A DNA stretch of 63,734 nucleotides, counting the filler, from Octopus bimaculoides (taxonomy: Eukaryota), in NCBI RefSeq assembly GCF_001194135.2. It is 7 parts of 7 records of this genome, joined end to end, with 100 filler letters (N's around TTAATTAATTAA, not from the genome) between each part and the next. Parts side by side here need not be neighbours in the genome. Positions count along the whole stretch, not along the records: positions 61,524 to 63,734 come from NC_069002.1; 6 more parts are not named here. The stretch is one strand, 5' to 3'. The position numbers and the translations under genes are program-made. How positions within the stretch are numbered: the first letter of the stretch is position 1; the number at the start of each line of letters is the position of its first letter. Shown here one piece after another: positions 62,150 to 63,734 of this stretch. A model generated the notes under the pieces. The model did not search any database, was not told where the DNA came from, and worked only from the letters and a program-made list of their open reading frames with translations.

Positions 62150-62636
62150 TAAGCTAAAGGACAAAAATCATGCCTCCTCATTGATATGACTGTCCCAATT
62201 GATATAAACGTATCTGTCAAGACCTACCAAAAACTGAGCAAATATAAAGATCTTGAAATAGAAATTAGCAAAATGTGGAATCTGAAGACGAAAACAATAC
62301 CTATTGTCATAGGTGCCCTGGGAATGACAGCGAAACGGGCTGATTACTACCTAGCTCAGATACCAGGAAACCCCAAAATGGCTGAAGTCCAAAAGATAGT
62401 GCTCATGGGAACTGCCCATATCCTACGTAAAATACTGTCTATGTGATCTCAAATTTTAAAGCAAACATAATTTTCTTATGGTTTCTTAAACATTCACTTG
62501 AACAAAACTGTACAAATCCAAATATATGGTACCCTAGGCATAACACCTACATGAACTTCTAACTTGTTGTCTCTTGAGGTCTCTGGGTGAGACTTGGATC
62601 CAACTTGTACAAATGCAAAACAAAAGTCAAACATAA

Positions 62637-62637
<1 letters not shown>
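62150..62637 (+). mobile_element. R4/Dong-like LINE 3' end (subfamily B)
   Basis: SCLLIDMTVPIDINVSVKTYQKLSKYKDLEIEISKMW...GTAHILRKILSM* followed by a distinct UTR and an (AAT)n tail. Confidence 0.9.
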
Positions 62638-62714
<77 letters not shown>

Positions 62715-62715
<1 letters not shown>

Positions 62716-63343
62716 TTATCTCTGGCTGCCCAGTCCTGGCAAAGAAGAAATATATTCACAGACACGACAGAACAAGGACCTATATACGCTGGAAGCTATG
62801 CCAACACTATGAAATAACAACAGAAAAAAGATGGTATAAACACACGCCAGAAAAGGTCACAGAAAACGAGAAAGCAACCATACTCTGGGATATGCCAATA
62901 CACACAGATAGAGAAATTAAGGCAAATAGACCAGATATAGTTGTCAAAGATCACGAAGAAAAAAAATGCTTTCTAATTGATGTATCAATACCAGCAGATG
63001 ACAACGTCTTTCTAAAAGATATGGAAAAAGATTCAAAATACAAAGACCTGGAAATAGAGGTAACTCGAATGTGGAATCTAAAAACAGAAACAATTCCTAT
63101 TATAGTAGGTGACTTAGGTATAATCAAAAAATATTCAGACAAATACATCACAAAGACACCAGGACTTACAAATATATATAACATACAGAAAATTGCACCA
63201 CTGGGCACAGCACACATCGTACGCAAAACACATTCAATACAGTAACCATAAGAGCACCACAGCAAACCACAGCACATGCCCAAGGCGCACAGAGCTGCGC
63301 TCGGTAGTGAAGTGAAAGCACGTTATAAAACTAAAACTACTGA
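62715..63343 (+). mobile_element. R4/Dong-like LINE 3' end (subfamily A), 5'-truncated, between two (AAT)n tracts
   Basis: IISGCPVLAKKKYIHRHD...ILWDMPIHTDREIKANRPDIVVKD...CFLIDVSIP...GTAHIVRKTHSIQ*, then UTR and (AAT)n. Confidence 0.93.
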
Positions 63344-63369
63344 ATAATAATAATAATAAAAATAATAAT

Positions 63370-63734
63370 GCCCTGATGCAGTACCAGGCAGTGGATCTCA
63401 TGGTTTCTGATCTTAATTGATTGGAAGTGTTATCACGTACGTTGTTTTGTCTTGGTATAAAAGATGGGCTACAGCAAATATATAATACCACAGATTTGCT
63501 TGTCAGTTGTTTGACCATAACCAGTTGAGCATGTCCCTTGGTGGCTGACAATATGTGCATCTCTGATCACGAGCAGAAGTAGTGGGGGAGCATCATAGCC
63601 ATGTGTTGAGAGGAGTTCTTTGGGGTTTGAATAATTCACCTTTGGAAACATGGGTGTTTTGCTCAACATCCTTAAACAAACCTTATTCAGGGACCTTTTG
63701 AGCGGGACGGGCTACTCGACCTGAAGAAAATTCT
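63370..63734. repeat. Probable further interspersed repeat starting immediately after the (AAT)n tail; runs off the window
   Basis: Higher-GC unique sequence begins exactly at the end of the AAT tract, like the other stacked inserts. Family not provable within the window. Confidence 0.4.

Overview
AT-rich, microsatellite-dense eukaryotic DNA. The SINE, LINE and microsatellite landscape points to a coleoid cephalopod, probably Octopus (inference). Six identical 100-bp spacers (44 N + TTAATTAATTAA + 44 N) split the window into seven separately assembled segments: 1-15451, 15552-39378, 39479-42377, 42478-49648, 49749-59350, 59451-61423 and 61524-63734. Linkage across these spacers is not supported by sequence. 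Host coding sequence is scarce: one clean phase-1/1 LDL-receptor class A exon (39573-39683) and a tandem array of 37-aa six-cysteine pacifastin/VWC-like modules (59453-61423), disrupted by a duplicated frameshifted unit and a TIR transposon. The rest is mostly transposon debris: R4/Dong-like LINE ends stacked inside (AAT)n tracts, CR1 and HERO-like LINE pieces, two Gypsy-type LTR relics, mariner/Tc1 relics, hAT MITEs, several tRNA-derived SINE families, and a 22-bp minisatellite derived from a SINE core. The most striking observation is an intact type-I hammerhead ribozyme motif (951-1007) at the centre of a ~290-bp rod-like fold-back whose mismatches favour G.U pairs on the ribozyme strand. 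This is a candidate retrozyme-like or circular-RNA-derived element. Several decayed hammerhead-like motifs and a second fold-back occur elsewhere in the window. All alignments and counts were done by eye.
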